This document shows, in pieces, positions 10,865 through 21,562 of a DNA stretch of 64,000 nucleotides. The notes under the pieces are model-generated. The model saw only the letters and a program-made list of their open reading frames with translations. It was not told where the DNA came from and ran no database searches. This DNA is from an uncultured delta proteobacterium. GTDB lineage: Bacteria; Myxococcota_A; Polyangia; Fen-1088. The DNA lies in the NCBI GenBank assembly GCA_963796685.1, contig CAWCMR010000015.1, forward strand, positions 1 through 64,000, read 5' to 3'. Both the position numbers and the translations under genes were made by a program. Each line of letters begins with the position of its first letter. Position 1 is the first letter of the stretch.

Positions 10865-11797
10865 ATGTACATCAACACTCTCCCGCGTATCCGAGAACCG
10901 GCAGCCGGTCTCTACGGAAAGATCCCGGCCGAGCGCGACTTCGTTCGCATCAACGCCGGCGATTTTCAGCATGCCGCCCTCGACCAGTGGTTTCAGGAGG
11001 GCATCGAGTGTTTGCACACCGAACGCACGCGTCTGCCGAGCGAGCCGACGCACTTCCTTCTGGTCGCCCCGAACGGAGAAGTGTTCGTGGGTGGTTTCAT
11101 GCCTGGCGAGGATGCGGTCGGCCGAAGTTTCCCGCTGATCATCTCGGTTCGGCTCGAAGCACGCGACGTGGTCGAGGCCCTGCCGCTTTTGCCTTCCATC
11201 TTTGGGCCGTTTTACGAGGCCGCGACGACGGTCGCCGAAGCGGCGCGCGGGCTGACCGCGCAGGATCTGGCTGCGCAGGTCGACTGGCTCAAGGAGACAC
11301 TGAAACAAAGCGCCCCGGCCTTGCCGCTCGACATACTCCTGGCCGGTTCCAGCTTCTTCGAGCTGCGCGTCGCCATCGGCAGCTTGAACGAAGGTGGCGG
11401 CTATGCGCTCCACACCCTGGCCACGGCATGCGAACAAGCGGCGGCCAAGCCGCCCGAGTCGGCGAAACAGACCATCACGCTCGAATGCCCGACGCCGACT
11501 GAGGGCATGCGAGCCTTCTGGCTGGAGCTCATCGGGCGCAAACTGCGCCACGGCGCTGCCACCCCCTCGGTGATGTGGACGCCATCCCGCTTGCTGGTGG
11601 CACTTGGTCCCGCGCCGACGCAGATGCTGGCCTTTCTGGCCAATCCCGAGCACAAGAGCCAGCGCTTCTGGCCCCTGCATACGAACAGCGTCGCAGCCAA
11701 CGAGAAGGCCGTCCAGGCATTGTCCTCCGCCCAGTCGCAGCTATTGAGCTCGGGCCAGGCATCCCTGGCGGATGTGCTGGAGACCTTCGGCAGGTAG
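10865..11797 (+). CDS. tagF: T6SS-associated TagF
   Basis: GLYGKIPAERDFV and DAVGRSFPL motifs. Follows tssM. Confidence 0.88.
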   Translation: MYINTLPRIREPAAGLYGKIPAERDFVRINAGDFQHAALDQWFQEGIECLHTERTRLPSEPTHFLLVAPNGEVFVGGFMPGEDAVGRSFPLIISVRLEARDVVEALPLLPSIFGPFYEAATTVAEAARGLTAQDLAAQVDWLKETLKQSAPALPLDILLAGSSFFELRVAIGSLNEGGGYALHTLATACEQAAAKPPESAKQTITLECPTPTEGMRAFWLELIGRKLRHGAATPSVMWTPSRLLVALGPAPTQMLAFLANPEHKSQRFWPLHTNSVAANEKAVQALSSAQSQLLSSGQASLADVLETFGR

Positions 11798-11800
11798 GCG

Positions 11801-13825
11801 CTACCGCTGATCCGTTGGCGGTAGCTCGATGAGCGGGATCTCGTCGCGGCGCTTGGGACGCAAATCCTTGCCGACGAGGGGCGGGAGCTTGAGCTCCTGG
11901 GACAGGGTCGTTGGGGGCTTGATCCAGTCGAGCAGGGGAACGGAAAGGCGCCGAGGTTCCAGGGTGCCGTCGGCCAGGAAGTCGCGCGGCCAGGGAATGT
12001 CGATGTGGGTTGAGCGCGATGCCAGGGTCAGTAGGAAGGTGATGGGGTTGTAGGAATAGACGATCTGATCCTGCGGCAGTCCCGCGTGCTCCGAGAGGGC
12101 ATCGTTCCAAAAGACGTAGGGTGCGATGGCGATGGCGTACATTCGGCGGCGGTCGGCGTCGGGGATCGCGGCGAGCTCGCGCAGCTTGACGAATTCTGCA
12201 AGGGTGGTTCGGTCTCCCCATTCGTGGCGGTGGCGTATGACCAAGCGGCGCAAAGCTTGCCGCTTGTTCAGATCGCGGCCGTGGAAGACGTCGAGGAGCT
12301 CGGATTCGTCCACTTGTCCGTCGCCGTTCTTGTCCATCAACGTCACCAGGGGCGCGCGCCGGGCGATGGGCCCGTCACCGATGGCGTTGAGATAGCGAAA
12401 GCCGCGTTCCAGGTCGTCGGGCAACTTGTTCACGGTGAAGATCTCGAAGTGCACCTCCGGGCCTTGCTCGGGGCCGCGGTTGACGTGGCCGATGGTGCCC
12501 AAGAGATCGCCGGTTTCGACCCGCTCGTCGAGCAGGGTGACCGCGCCCGATTCGAGCGATTGGCGCGCTTGCGCCCGATCGGGCTGCATCAGCTCCTGCA
12601 TCCAGGGCACGGGGTTGCCAGGGCCGAAAGCGGGTAGACGGAGGTGCATCAGCAGCGAAAAGAAGGTGATGATTTCTCCGTCCACCTCGACTTCGTGCTT
12701 GATGAGGACGAACGAGGTCGACGACCCGTCGTGTTCGGCCATGCGCGCGGCCACGATCCGTCCGCGGGTTGGCGCCGAAACCGGCGAGCCGGCCCTGCCG
12801 TGGAGATGGACACCGGAGTGGAAGAGCCTGCCGGGCGCAAGCGGGAAAAAGCCGGTCGCCCGCTCCTCGGTGGTGTAAAAAGCGTCCCGCCGCGCGCTCA
12901 GAAGCTCGTTGCGGGTGCGCGGAATTTCCGTGAAGGCGCGGATCTGGATGGGGAAGACGAAGCCTTGCAGGGCGCGCAGGATGCGCTTCCAGTCGAGCGC
13001 GCCCGGATCCCACTTCTGCTTGTCGAGGTCGACGTGCAGGTGTCCGACGATGCCGTGGAAGCTGAGGGGATCGGGCAGGGTATCCATGATGACCTCGCCG
13101 TTCTTTTCCGGGATTTCGGGCTTCATTTTGGGAAAGATGCGCAGCAGGGTCCGGGTCAGGGCCACGATGGATTCGTACTGCTCGGGGCGGAAATCGTAGG
13201 CGTCGTATTTGAACCCGTTGATGGTCACGATGTGATGGGGGCGCGTGCGCCACTCGGCGGGCAACCTGTTTATTTCGGCGGGGTTGTATTTGCCGCGGTT
13301 GCAGATCTCGACGCCGACCGAAATCGAGTTCTCTTGCTCGGCGTGGTAGGCGCGCTCGGCCACGTCGAGGGTCTGGTAGATGGTGCCATCGGTGTCGATC
13401 ATGAAGTGCGCGGACAGCCCGCAGCCCGTTCCTCCTCCGGGGCGTGTGCGGTTGTGCATGGACTTGAAGCACGAACGTGAATTGACGCACCCGTCGAAGT
13501 GCAGCACGAACTGCGAGACGATGGCCTGCAGGTTCTCCAGCGTGCGCTTGGTCAGGCCCTTGCGCGTGCCGTAGCGGGGAGAATCGAAGTCGCAACAGCC
13601 ACCGGTCTGGTCGATGCAACGCAATTGGTAGGCGTCGAACCCTTGATCGTCCGTCCAAAGGACGACGGTCCGGCCGACATCGAAGGGTTGGCCGGCAACG
13701 ATGATTGAAGTCCCGCGGGTTGGCCCAGGCGTGTGGGGTCCGGCGGGCGCTGTTTGCGGCGCCGGTTCATCGGCTGGCGAGGCCGCCAAGAGCGCTGTCA
13801 CGACGAGGGGGAGGATGCTGCTCAT
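11801..13825 (-). CDS. Secreted N-acetylmuramoyl-L-alanine amidase (Amidase_2) fused to an M23-like peptidase region and an EF-hand
   Basis: Signal peptide. Amidase motifs FVLHFD, SAHFMID..GTIYQ, AYHA, SVGVEI, GIVGH and KWDPG, then FHSGVHL...HL...EVHFEIF, then DKNGDGQVDESEL. Confidence 0.8.
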   Translation of the reverse strand: MSSILPLVVTALLAASPADEPAPQTAPAGPHTPGPTRGTSIIVAGQPFDVGRTVVLWTDDQGFDAYQLRCIDQTGGCCDFDSPRYGTRKGLTKRTLENLQAIVSQFVLHFDGCVNSRSCFKSMHNRTRPGGGTGCGLSAHFMIDTDGTIYQTLDVAERAYHAEQENSISVGVEICNRGKYNPAEINRLPAEWRTRPHHIVTINGFKYDAYDFRPEQYESIVALTRTLLRIFPKMKPEIPEKNGEVIMDTLPDPLSFHGIVGHLHVDLDKQKWDPGALDWKRILRALQGFVFPIQIRAFTEIPRTRNELLSARRDAFYTTEERATGFFPLAPGRLFHSGVHLHGRAGSPVSAPTRGRIVAARMAEHDGSSTSFVLIKHEVEVDGEIITFFSLLMHLRLPAFGPGNPVPWMQELMQPDRAQARQSLESGAVTLLDERVETGDLLGTIGHVNRGPEQGPEVHFEIFTVNKLPDDLERGFRYLNAIGDGPIARRAPLVTLMDKNGDGQVDESELLDVFHGRDLNKRQALRRLVIRHRHEWGDRTTLAEFVKLRELAAIPDADRRRMYAIAIAPYVFWNDALSEHAGLPQDQIVYSYNPITFLLTLASRSTHIDIPWPRDFLADGTLEPRRLSVPLLDWIKPPTTLSQELKLPPLVGKDLRPKRRDEIPLIELPPTDQR

Positions 13826-13921
13826 GCGCCGCCGAATGATACTTCAGGTGGCCCGATTCTTTGTGATAGGTGTTTGACCATCGTCGCCCGCAAACCTATC
13901 ATCCCTAGCGGCGAGCTTCCT

Positions 13922-14611
13922 GTGTTCGACAAACCCAAAAAAGGGATTCCCTCTGTTCCGCGCAAGGGCGGTCCTGCACCTCGACGTAAGCCCGGCGCCA
14001 GGGCCGGCGGTTGGAGCAAGGTCGAGGGCGGCGCCTCGTCCGACGAGGTGCGTGCTTCCGTGGCGGCGCCTGCCCGCACCGAGGAGCAGCCCTGTCCCAA
14101 CTGCGGGCAGCCCATGCTGGCGGCCTGGGGCTCTACCTGCGGCAACTGCCGGCCGCGCATGGCGTCCCCCAAGACGATGTTCATGTCGACGGTCGACGAC
14201 AAGGGCATGGTGCCCGTCCCGGGCATCAGTCTGGGTTGGTTCGTCGTGCTTTCGTCGCTGGACAAGCAGCACAATGGTGCGCTGCTGGAGCTTGCGACGC
14301 CCGTGACCATCCTGTCGCGCGGCGGCCAGGACAACACCTCGATGGAGACGTGGATCGACTTCAACGACAAATTCGTCTCCAACGGCCACGCCCTGGTGTA
14401 CAGGCCCAGCCGCGACAGCCAGGACGAGGCTTTCACCATTCGCGACCGCGAGGTGCCCGGTCCATCGGCGAATGGGACCTTCGTCAACGCGCACAAATTG
14501 CTGCCGGGCGAGGTCATCGAGCTGTCCGAGGGCGACATCGTGCGGGTCGGTCGAACCGAGCTGATGTTCAAATCGCTTTGGCTTTCCCCGAGTGGAAAGG
14601 CGGGATTGTGA
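13922..14611 (+). CDS. Zinc-ribbon + FHA domain protein
   Basis: CPNC...CGNC, then an FHA-like segment VSNGHA...SANGTFVN...LSEGDIVRVGRTEL. GTG start at 13922 is inferred. Confidence 0.8.
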   Translation: MFDKPKKGIPSVPRKGGPAPRRKPGARAGGWSKVEGGASSDEVRASVAAPARTEEQPCPNCGQPMLAAWGSTCGNCRPRMASPKTMFMSTVDDKGMVPVPGISLGWFVVLSSLDKQHNGALLELATPVTILSRGGQDNTSMETWIDFNDKFVSNGHALVYRPSRDSQDEAFTIRDREVPGPSANGTFVNAHKLLPGEVIELSEGDIVRVGRTELMFKSLWLSPSGKAGL

Positions 14612-16509
14612 AACCCAGGGTGCTCGCATTCCTGCCGTTGCTCGTGGGCGTGCCGGGTTGGGCGGTCGCGGCGCACGCTGGTCCCATGTTTCTGGTTTCC
14701 CCTCCCGTGGTCGATCGTGACACGGGCGAGATGATCTTTCTGGTCGGCGGCATATCGGAAGATGGAACCACCCTCAAGCCATCTGCCGTGCAGGTCGAGA
14801 TCGACGGGCAGGCTGGCCCCGCGCCGAAGTCGATCGAGGTCTTCTCCGATTTCGCCCAAACCTCGTCCGAGGCAAACCAGTTGTGGAAATCCCCGCTCGC
14901 GGTGGGGCTGGTTTATCTATGGGTCAAGGATGTCCCGGCCGGATTGTCCGATGCCATTTTGGAGGGCCTGGGCGGCTTCTTTCGGCGCATTCCCGCGCGA
15001 ACCAATGTCTATGCGACGCTCTATGGTCGCAAACGTCAGCCCATTCCCAAGCTGAAAGCCTCGGAGATCGGCGGCCAGCTCCACGACCTCGGCTACATTC
15101 CCGGCGACCGACCGAATCTGGCGGACGCCATTCGCATCGACCTCAAGGCCCTGCTGACCGACGAGAGCCCGTTCAAGGTTCTCCTGGTCGTGACCGATGG
15201 CCGCGACTTCAACGACACGACGGGCGACGCCTCGGCCGACTTCGGCGCCGTGGCCGGCGAGATCGACAAGGCCGGGGTCAGCTTGTTGGTGGTCTCGATC
15301 CCGCCTCCCGATGCCGACGCCGAGCAGAGCACGAAGAACCTTGGCGATCTCACCAGCTGGGGGGCCTTTCGCCGGGCCACCGAGCAGCCCTTGGAGCTGC
15401 AGTCCACGCTGGAGTCGCTGGGGCAGGCCATCGCGGACATGCGCCGGGTGCGCTTGGAGATCCCTTGGGGGTGGCGGAATTTCGGGGGCACGCGCAAGGT
15501 TCGACTGAATCTGACCATCGATGGCAGACAGCGGGCCATCGAGGTCGGCAAGGTGATGGTGCCGTCCGCCATGACGTGGCTCCTGGTTTTGATAGGAATC
15601 GTCATCGGCGTGCTCGTCGTGGCGGCCGTCGTCGTGGTCCTGTGGCGGAGGCGTTCGTCCGGCGAAGAGCAGGGCTCCGAGGATGACGAGGAGCCCGTGG
15701 TGGCCGCGGCGCACGCGCTCATCCAGCGCGGCCTTTCCGCGCAGCGGGCCTTGGTGGAGCTGACGCGCAGCTATCCCAACGACGTGGCCGGCCTAGCCGC
15801 GCTCGATGCCTCGGTGTTCGCCGACGAGCGCTACCCCCTGTTCAAGACCAAGGCTGGGCGCCGGCGCTTCGAGGAGCTGCAGGCGCTGCTCTCGCGCAAG
15901 TCCAACGATGACACGCTGCTTGGTTCCGATCTTGCGGAAGTACTGGCGCAATCGGTTTCGGGGCAGACGCCGCCTGACCAGGTGGCGAGTAGCATCGCGG
16001 CGCGCGTGCCCGAGGATCAGTGGGGCGCCTTTTCGCGCATGGGGCTCGACGAGCTCGCGCGAGCCCTGCGGGCTTCGGGCGGTCGCCATCCCGCTTTGGC
16101 CACGCCCCGCGCCCGCGGCGTGGCCTTGGAGATTCAGGCCGCGCTTCGCAGCGAAAGCCGGAGCACCAACCACTCCCTCGCCGTGGGGTGGCTGGTTCGC
16201 GCCGCGGGGCAGGGCAAACGCGGCGAAACCTTGCGTCTGACGAGCGCCCGAGCGGTTTTGGGCTGTGGCCCGGGATGCGAGGTGCGCATCGAGGGCGACA
16301 CGCAGGTCGCCGAGCAGCACGCCGCCATCCTCATGCGGCGCGGATCGTTCTACATCGAGCCGATGCAGGGAACCATCAAGGTGGAAACCAAGGCGGTCGG
16401 CGGTCGCCAACCCTTGGGCGACGGTGATACCATCGAGATTGGACGTGGACGGTACGTGTTCAAGTGCGTATCTGCCGGCAGCGTGGACCAAAGCCGCCCG
16501 GGTACGTGA
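14608..16509 (+). CDS. Membrane protein with signal peptide, vWA-like domain, TM helix and C-terminal FHA
   Basis: GTG start overlaps the previous stop (GTGA). LLVVTDGRD, a TM helix followed by RRR, and VAEQHA...LGDGDTIEIG. Confidence 0.75.
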   Translation: MKPRVLAFLPLLVGVPGWAVAAHAGPMFLVSPPVVDRDTGEMIFLVGGISEDGTTLKPSAVQVEIDGQAGPAPKSIEVFSDFAQTSSEANQLWKSPLAVGLVYLWVKDVPAGLSDAILEGLGGFFRRIPARTNVYATLYGRKRQPIPKLKASEIGGQLHDLGYIPGDRPNLADAIRIDLKALLTDESPFKVLLVVTDGRDFNDTTGDASADFGAVAGEIDKAGVSLLVVSIPPPDADAEQSTKNLGDLTSWGAFRRATEQPLELQSTLESLGQAIADMRRVRLEIPWGWRNFGGTRKVRLNLTIDGRQRAIEVGKVMVPSAMTWLLVLIGIVIGVLVVAAVVVVLWRRRSSGEEQGSEDDEEPVVAAAHALIQRGLSAQRALVELTRSYPNDVAGLAALDASVFADERYPLFKTKAGRRRFEELQALLSRKSNDDTLLGSDLAEVLAQSVSGQTPPDQVASSIAARVPEDQWGAFSRMGLDELARALRASGGRHPALATPRARGVALEIQAALRSESRSTNHSLAVGWLVRAAGQGKRGETLRLTSARAVLGCGPGCEVRIEGDTQVAEQHAAILMRRGSFYIEPMQGTIKVETKAVGGRQPLGDGDTIEIGRGRYVFKCVSAGSVDQSRPGT

Positions 16510-16514
16510 GTGAC

Positions 16515-16690
16515 CGAGGGCGCAGAGGGCCACGGGGTGAAGTGGATACATTCTTGCCGAGCGGCAGAAGGTTTTCACCACAGAGAGCGCCGAGGGCACA
16601 GAGTCGGAGGGGAGGAGAGTAGTTCGGATCCGGAATCCGGAAATCCCGTCTTCGCTTGGCTTCAGCGTTCTCAGTGCCTTCGCGGTTCAT
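16515..16690. repeat. Intergenic REP-like element with imperfect inverted arms
   Basis: caccacagagagcgccgagggcacagag near 16576-16603 and a partly complementary cttcagcgttctcagtgccttcgcggt near 16660-16686. Confidence 0.35.
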
Positions 16691-16724
16691 TTCCTTGCGT
16701 CGTGCTGCGCGCTACACTCGCTTG

Positions 16725-17642
16725 GTGGCCTTCCCCCTTCGTGTCTGTCCTCGCTGTGGCAAGCCGGTGCGTAGCGCGCGGGGGTGTGGTTGTGGTGAGG
16801 GCATAGCGCGGAACGCGCATTGGCAACCTGTGGGCGGCGACTACGCACCCCTGCGCGATGCACCTCCACCGAGCACTTGGGAGCTCCCGGCGCTCGAAGC
16901 CTCGATTGAAAAGCGATTCCGCCAGTTTGCTCTGCCCATCGCGCTCGTGGCGGCCTGGGGTGCCGTCCACACCGGGTTCCTGCACATGCTCGTGCGAACC
17001 GTGCTCAGCATGTGGGTCCACGAGCTGGGCCACGCCGCCACGGCCTGGATGTGTGGCCGACTCGCGTTTCCGGGACCGTGGTTCACGCCCGTCGGCAGCG
17101 GGCGAACATGGGTGGTGGTGGTCGTGGTGGCGGCGGCGCTGGGCTACGGCATTCTTCGTTGCTGGCGCTCGCATAAGGCCTGGGCCACGTTTCTGATCGC
17201 GGTTCTGGCGGCGCAGATCTACTGCACGTTCGTCTTGTCCGAGCGCCGGGCTATGTCCCTCGTCATCTGGGGCGGTGACGGTGGCTGCATGTTCCTCGGA
17301 ACCCTCCTCATGCTTTCGCTCTATGCGCGCAGACGCAGCCAACTGCGGGTGGGTTGGTTGCGCTGGGGATTCCTGGTCATCGGTGCAGCGGCGTTCGCGG
17401 ACGCGTTCGCCACCTGGTGGGCGGCGCGCACGGATCGCGACGTCATTCCCTTCGGCGAAAACGAGGGGCACGGTCCATCCGATCCCACCGTGCTCGTTTA
17501 TCAACATGGATTCTCCATCCCCGGCTTGGTCAATGGCTACGTGTGGCTCGGGCTCGCGTGCCTGGTCGTGCTCGTCGCAGCGTACCTGTGGGGACTGCGC
17601 GCCGAACGCGAGGTCGACGACGGCGAAGGGGATCTGGCGTGA
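16725..17642 (+). CDS. Membrane zinc metalloprotease-like protein (M50-like) with N-terminal Cys cluster
   Basis: CPRC...CGC, WVHELGH (HExxH) inside a hydrophobic segment, multiple TM helices and a late GPSD motif. Confidence 0.7.
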   Translation: MAFPLRVCPRCGKPVRSARGCGCGEGIARNAHWQPVGGDYAPLRDAPPPSTWELPALEASIEKRFRQFALPIALVAAWGAVHTGFLHMLVRTVLSMWVHELGHAATAWMCGRLAFPGPWFTPVGSGRTWVVVVVVAAALGYGILRCWRSHKAWATFLIAVLAAQIYCTFVLSERRAMSLVIWGGDGGCMFLGTLLMLSLYARRRSQLRVGWLRWGFLVIGAAAFADAFATWWAARTDRDVIPFGENEGHGPSDPTVLVYQHGFSIPGLVNGYVWLGLACLVVLVAAYLWGLRAEREVDDGEGDLA

Positions 17643-17669
17643 AATCCCACCCGCGCTATAAGAACGGGC

Positions 17670-19662
17670 ATGGCCGTCTCGCTCGATGATCTCGTCGCGC
17701 TCGTGAAGGAGCGCGGAACCCACGATGCTTTTCCACAACGCGAAGAATTGCACGCCCTGCTGGAGTCGTTCCGTGCTCTGCCCGACCAGGAATCGGTACG
17801 GCTAGCCCTGGCGGCAACCGCGCGCAAAGGCGATCGCCTGGTGGCCCGCGTGGCCTGCGAAGCCTTGGCCTACCTCGGGGAAGACGCGGCCGTCTCGCCT
17901 TTGATCGCAATCGCCATGGATCCCTCGCTCGGCACCAGCCAGCGCGCGGCAGCAGTTTGGGCGCTCGATCATCAAAGCCCCGGTTTTCGGGAACGCCTCA
18001 CGCTCGAGGAGCAGGTCGCCTGCATGCGCCTGCCGGTGTTCGAGATGCTGGAGGACCCCGAGGCGGACAACGGCTTCGGCCTGCAGGCTATTCTGGGCAG
18101 CTACCAGGAATCCGCACCCGACTTCCGCGCGTCCTTCATCGAGAGCATGGCCGAGCTGGCTCGCGAGCGGAAGCACAAGTGCGCGAGCTTGTGCATGCAC
18201 CTGCTTGGTGCCGAGGAGGACGGCGAGCGAAGGAGGCGGTTGATCGATCTCGTCGCGGGCGATGTCACCCAGGAGGCAGCCGATCTGCTTACCACCTTCG
18301 CGGCCAAGGCGAAGAACCCCGAAGATGCCAAGCTGGCGCGGCGGCACCTTCATATCTTGCGGGCCAAGGGGCTGCGCGGCAGCATCCAACAGGACATGGA
18401 GGCCGCCCGCGCTCTGGTGACGGGGGTGGACGGCGACGCTTGCTTCGCCATCAACATCATCATCCCCCGGCTGCCGACCTTCGATTTCGCCAACCTGCTG
18501 CTTCACTACGGCAACGGGCTGCGCGACGGTTTCGTCTTGGAGAACCTACCCGGTCGCAACGTGGACGAGCTGGTGGAGAAGATACGGAAGGGCTGCGGAA
18601 ACCTGGCTGCGTTCGTTCCCATGCCGCTCGCGGCGCGCCTCGTCGACGAGGCCGTGCAATCCGCCAAGGCCAAGACCCTGTCCGACCCCGATGTCGCAAA
18701 AGCCTTGGCACTGGCCGAACCGGCCCTGGCCGCGGCGCGCGCGCAGCCATTCGCAGAGCCGACCACCGAGGATCCAGTCGCCACGACGTCCGAGGAAGTC
18801 GACGACCTGCTCGAGAGCGAGTCCTTCGAGTCGTGGTTCTTCGAGGCGCGCGAGCTTGCCGTGCAGGAATCGCTGAAGCTGTTCGACAAACCCATTCACG
18901 CCAAGGGCAAGGCCGAGATTCTATCCGCCCAGAAGCGGGTCGCACAGGCCACGAAGGATTCTATGCAAACGCCTGCGCGACGATGATGAGCCCGCGCGCC
19001 TCGCACGAATGCTCCGCCATCAGGCCAGGCTGTTCGAGTGCCTTGGCAGCGGCGACCGAGCCAAGGTCTGCCGCAAGTTGGCCAAGGAGGTCGGGCAGCC
19101 GGACAGCGTCTTCCTCGCGCAAATGGCCTTGCGTTCGCTGCTTGCCGCGCTGGAGGAGCCTCCCGAGTCCGAGCTCGGCATGCGATTGGCGGAGGCGCGC
19201 GGCCACCTGCGCGACCGGCTCTCGAGAGAAGAGCAAGCGCATCGCAAGCTCGATGTCATTCACCTCGACATCTCCGCCGTCGCGCACGTGGAGCTCAACC
19301 TGCGCAATCGTGAACAGCCCTCCGCGCGTCGCGCCCCGCTCACGACCATCGAATCTGCGGCCCTGGCCGTGGGGGATGCGTTCGTCGCGCATGGCCTGGG
19401 CTTCCGTGGCGCGGGATTTTCGCTCGCCGTGGTGAAGATCCTGGACCAGCAAGAGCTCTTTGCCGTCGAGGAGCGAGCCGCCATCGCGCGGGAGACCATC
19501 GCGAGCATCGCGGATTTCGTGAAAGGCGTCTGCGGCGAGACCTGTCCCCACCGCTGCCTGAAAGACCCCAAGGGCGATGGTCGAATTCCGTACTACGTGG
19601 AAGGCTTGCCGTGGGAAGAGCCCGCGCCAGTGAACAGGCGCGAGCCGAAGGGGAGGGCGTAG
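17670..19662 (+). CDS. Large hypothetical protein with HEAT-like N-terminus, frameshifted near 18960-19010
   Basis: ORFs 17670..18986 and 19009..19662 both show host-like codon bias. ARVACEALAYLGEDAAVSPLI is HEAT-like. C-terminal CGETCPHRC. Confidence 0.55.
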
Positions 19663-19828
19663 AGGACCTGCAGCGTGGCCCGGCAAATGAGGCCGAACGT
19701 CGTGATAGGTCGTCGATGCGGGGTCTTTTCCCGACGTGTTTCGATACGTCCTTGCCGTCCAAGGCCCGACCCCAATACACTGCGGTCTCACGCGACTGTA
19801 CCGCGCTCGCGCGCCCAAGGGGGATCGA

Positions 19829-20563
19829 ATGTACGCACGCGTCTTGGCCCTTGCTGCTTTAACCATGGTGGTTGCCTGTTCCAAACCGGTCCCCGAGGAC
19901 CAGAAGGGATGGGTTGGGCTATGGAAGAACGCCCAGGCCAGCCTTCTTGTCACCGCGGACGGTCGACTGACATGGCACCGAAGCTCGGGCGGCGGCGACA
20001 AGTCGATTTCCGCACCCATCCAGGAGATCGGCCAGCGCAAGATTGTTGCCGGCGTTTGGTTTCTGAAGACCACCTTTGATGTGGGGCAGCCGCCCAAGCT
20101 GGGCGATGACGGAGTTTGGACGGTGACCGTGGATGGGCAGGAGCTGTTCAAGACCGACAAGCTCGGCCTGGATCCTCGCGCGACCACAGTGCCGCCGGTG
20201 GCTCGACTGCGCGCGCTGGTGGCGGCGGATCTACAGCGCCTGGATCAAGGCATCCGCACCGGTAACTACTCTGCCTTCCTGGCGCAATCCTCACAGATAT
20301 TCCAGAGCCAGTTCACGAACGAGAAGCTGCGGCAGGCCTATCAGTCGGCGCACGAGCAGACGGCTGGGCTGGCCCCGTTCATGGTGGGCGAGCTGGCGTT
20401 GACCTCCGAGCCCACCATCTCCCAGGAGGGCGAGCTGACGGTGAAGGGCCGGTACCCCGACGTCCACGGCCTGGTGTTGACGGTGGACGCGTCTTACGTC
20501 TACGGCCAGGGCGGGTGGAAGACGGTGGGCGTGAACTTCACGATGCTCAAGGCGGTGGAGTAG
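19829..20563 (+). CDS. Hypothetical lipoprotein
   Basis: MYARVLALAALTMVVAC lipobox, strong codon bias. Confidence 0.75.
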   Translation: MYARVLALAALTMVVACSKPVPEDQKGWVGLWKNAQASLLVTADGRLTWHRSSGGGDKSISAPIQEIGQRKIVAGVWFLKTTFDVGQPPKLGDDGVWTVTVDGQELFKTDKLGLDPRATTVPPVARLRALVAADLQRLDQGIRTGNYSAFLAQSSQIFQSQFTNEKLRQAYQSAHEQTAGLAPFMVGELALTSEPTISQEGELTVKGRYPDVHGLVLTVDASYVYGQGGWKTVGVNFTMLKAVE

Positions 20564-20594
20564 GTCGCAATCGATTTGAGCCGTCACGCAACCC

Positions 20595-21492
20595 TCAGGA
20601 TGGTGGCTCGGTAAGGCGCCATAGCACGATGAGCCGCTCCGGCGCCATAGCCTTGCGGACTGCAGTGATGTTGAAGAGCAATGAGTTGCGAAGGTCGCTG
20701 ATCCGCACGAAGCCGGGGCGGCGCCTGACGTCGAAGCCTTTGGCGAGAAGGCTTCGCTGTAGATCGAGACCCCAGGTCCTCCGCGCTCGGTATCGCGGAC
20801 ATAGAGGCAGACCCACATCACCGCGGGGCGCCACTCCCTGTTGGGTACTTCCCCATTTGCTTGAGCCCTGGGCCGTAGGACGCGACCAAGAGCCGGAGTG
20901 AATCGCCCCTGGCGTGGACAGCCCAGCAAGCATTCAACATGAGCGTCAGGTCTTCATCGCTGTAAGGCGTTGAACTCGCAAATGCTGCGGGGAGGTTAAA
21001 GTGCTTGTTCGACCAATCCATCGCATAGTTGCTCGCATCTTCTAATAGTGAAAGACCGAGCTCGCTGGTGACCCGTTGGAGCGAGTTTCTGATTATCAGG
21101 AATCGTCGGCGCGCCATGGCAATCTGCAGTGCCACCAGGGAAAAGTAGAGGACGCCGAGAGCGCAAAGGTTCCAAGGTCGGAACTGCTGGCTGTACATCA
21201 GCCGCTTCCAAGGAGAAGTCGTGGGGGCCAAGTGGGCCCAGTGCCCAGTTGCCATCCCATGGGTGAGCCACGAGAGGAAGACCCAGAGCATGCAGAGCAG
21301 CCCGAGACTGATCAGGAGTACACCGAGAATCCCCATCGCGTCTCTTCCGAGTAACCAATGGGTCCGCAAGACCGAGCGGGGTTCAACGGTTCCAGGATGC
21401 CGCTTGGCACGCACGATCTGCATCCTCAACCAAACGACAATGGGGGCAATGAGTACCAAAGCGATGGTCAACCCTACCCAGTTACTGGTCAT
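20595..21492 (-). CDS. Membrane protein X, copy 3 (paralog of 23981..24841), two frameshifts
   Basis: MTSNWVG..., then FRPWNL, IRNSLQRV, NACWAVH, [shift] VMWVCLY, [shift] AKGFDV...RLIVLWRLTEPP, matching the 23981..24841 protein. Confidence 0.75.
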
Positions 21493-21562
21493 CTTCGCGG
21501 TTCCGGAGAAGTTGTCTCGCACGCTGCCTTCTTGGCCAGGTTACAGGTCTTCTTGAGCTTCT

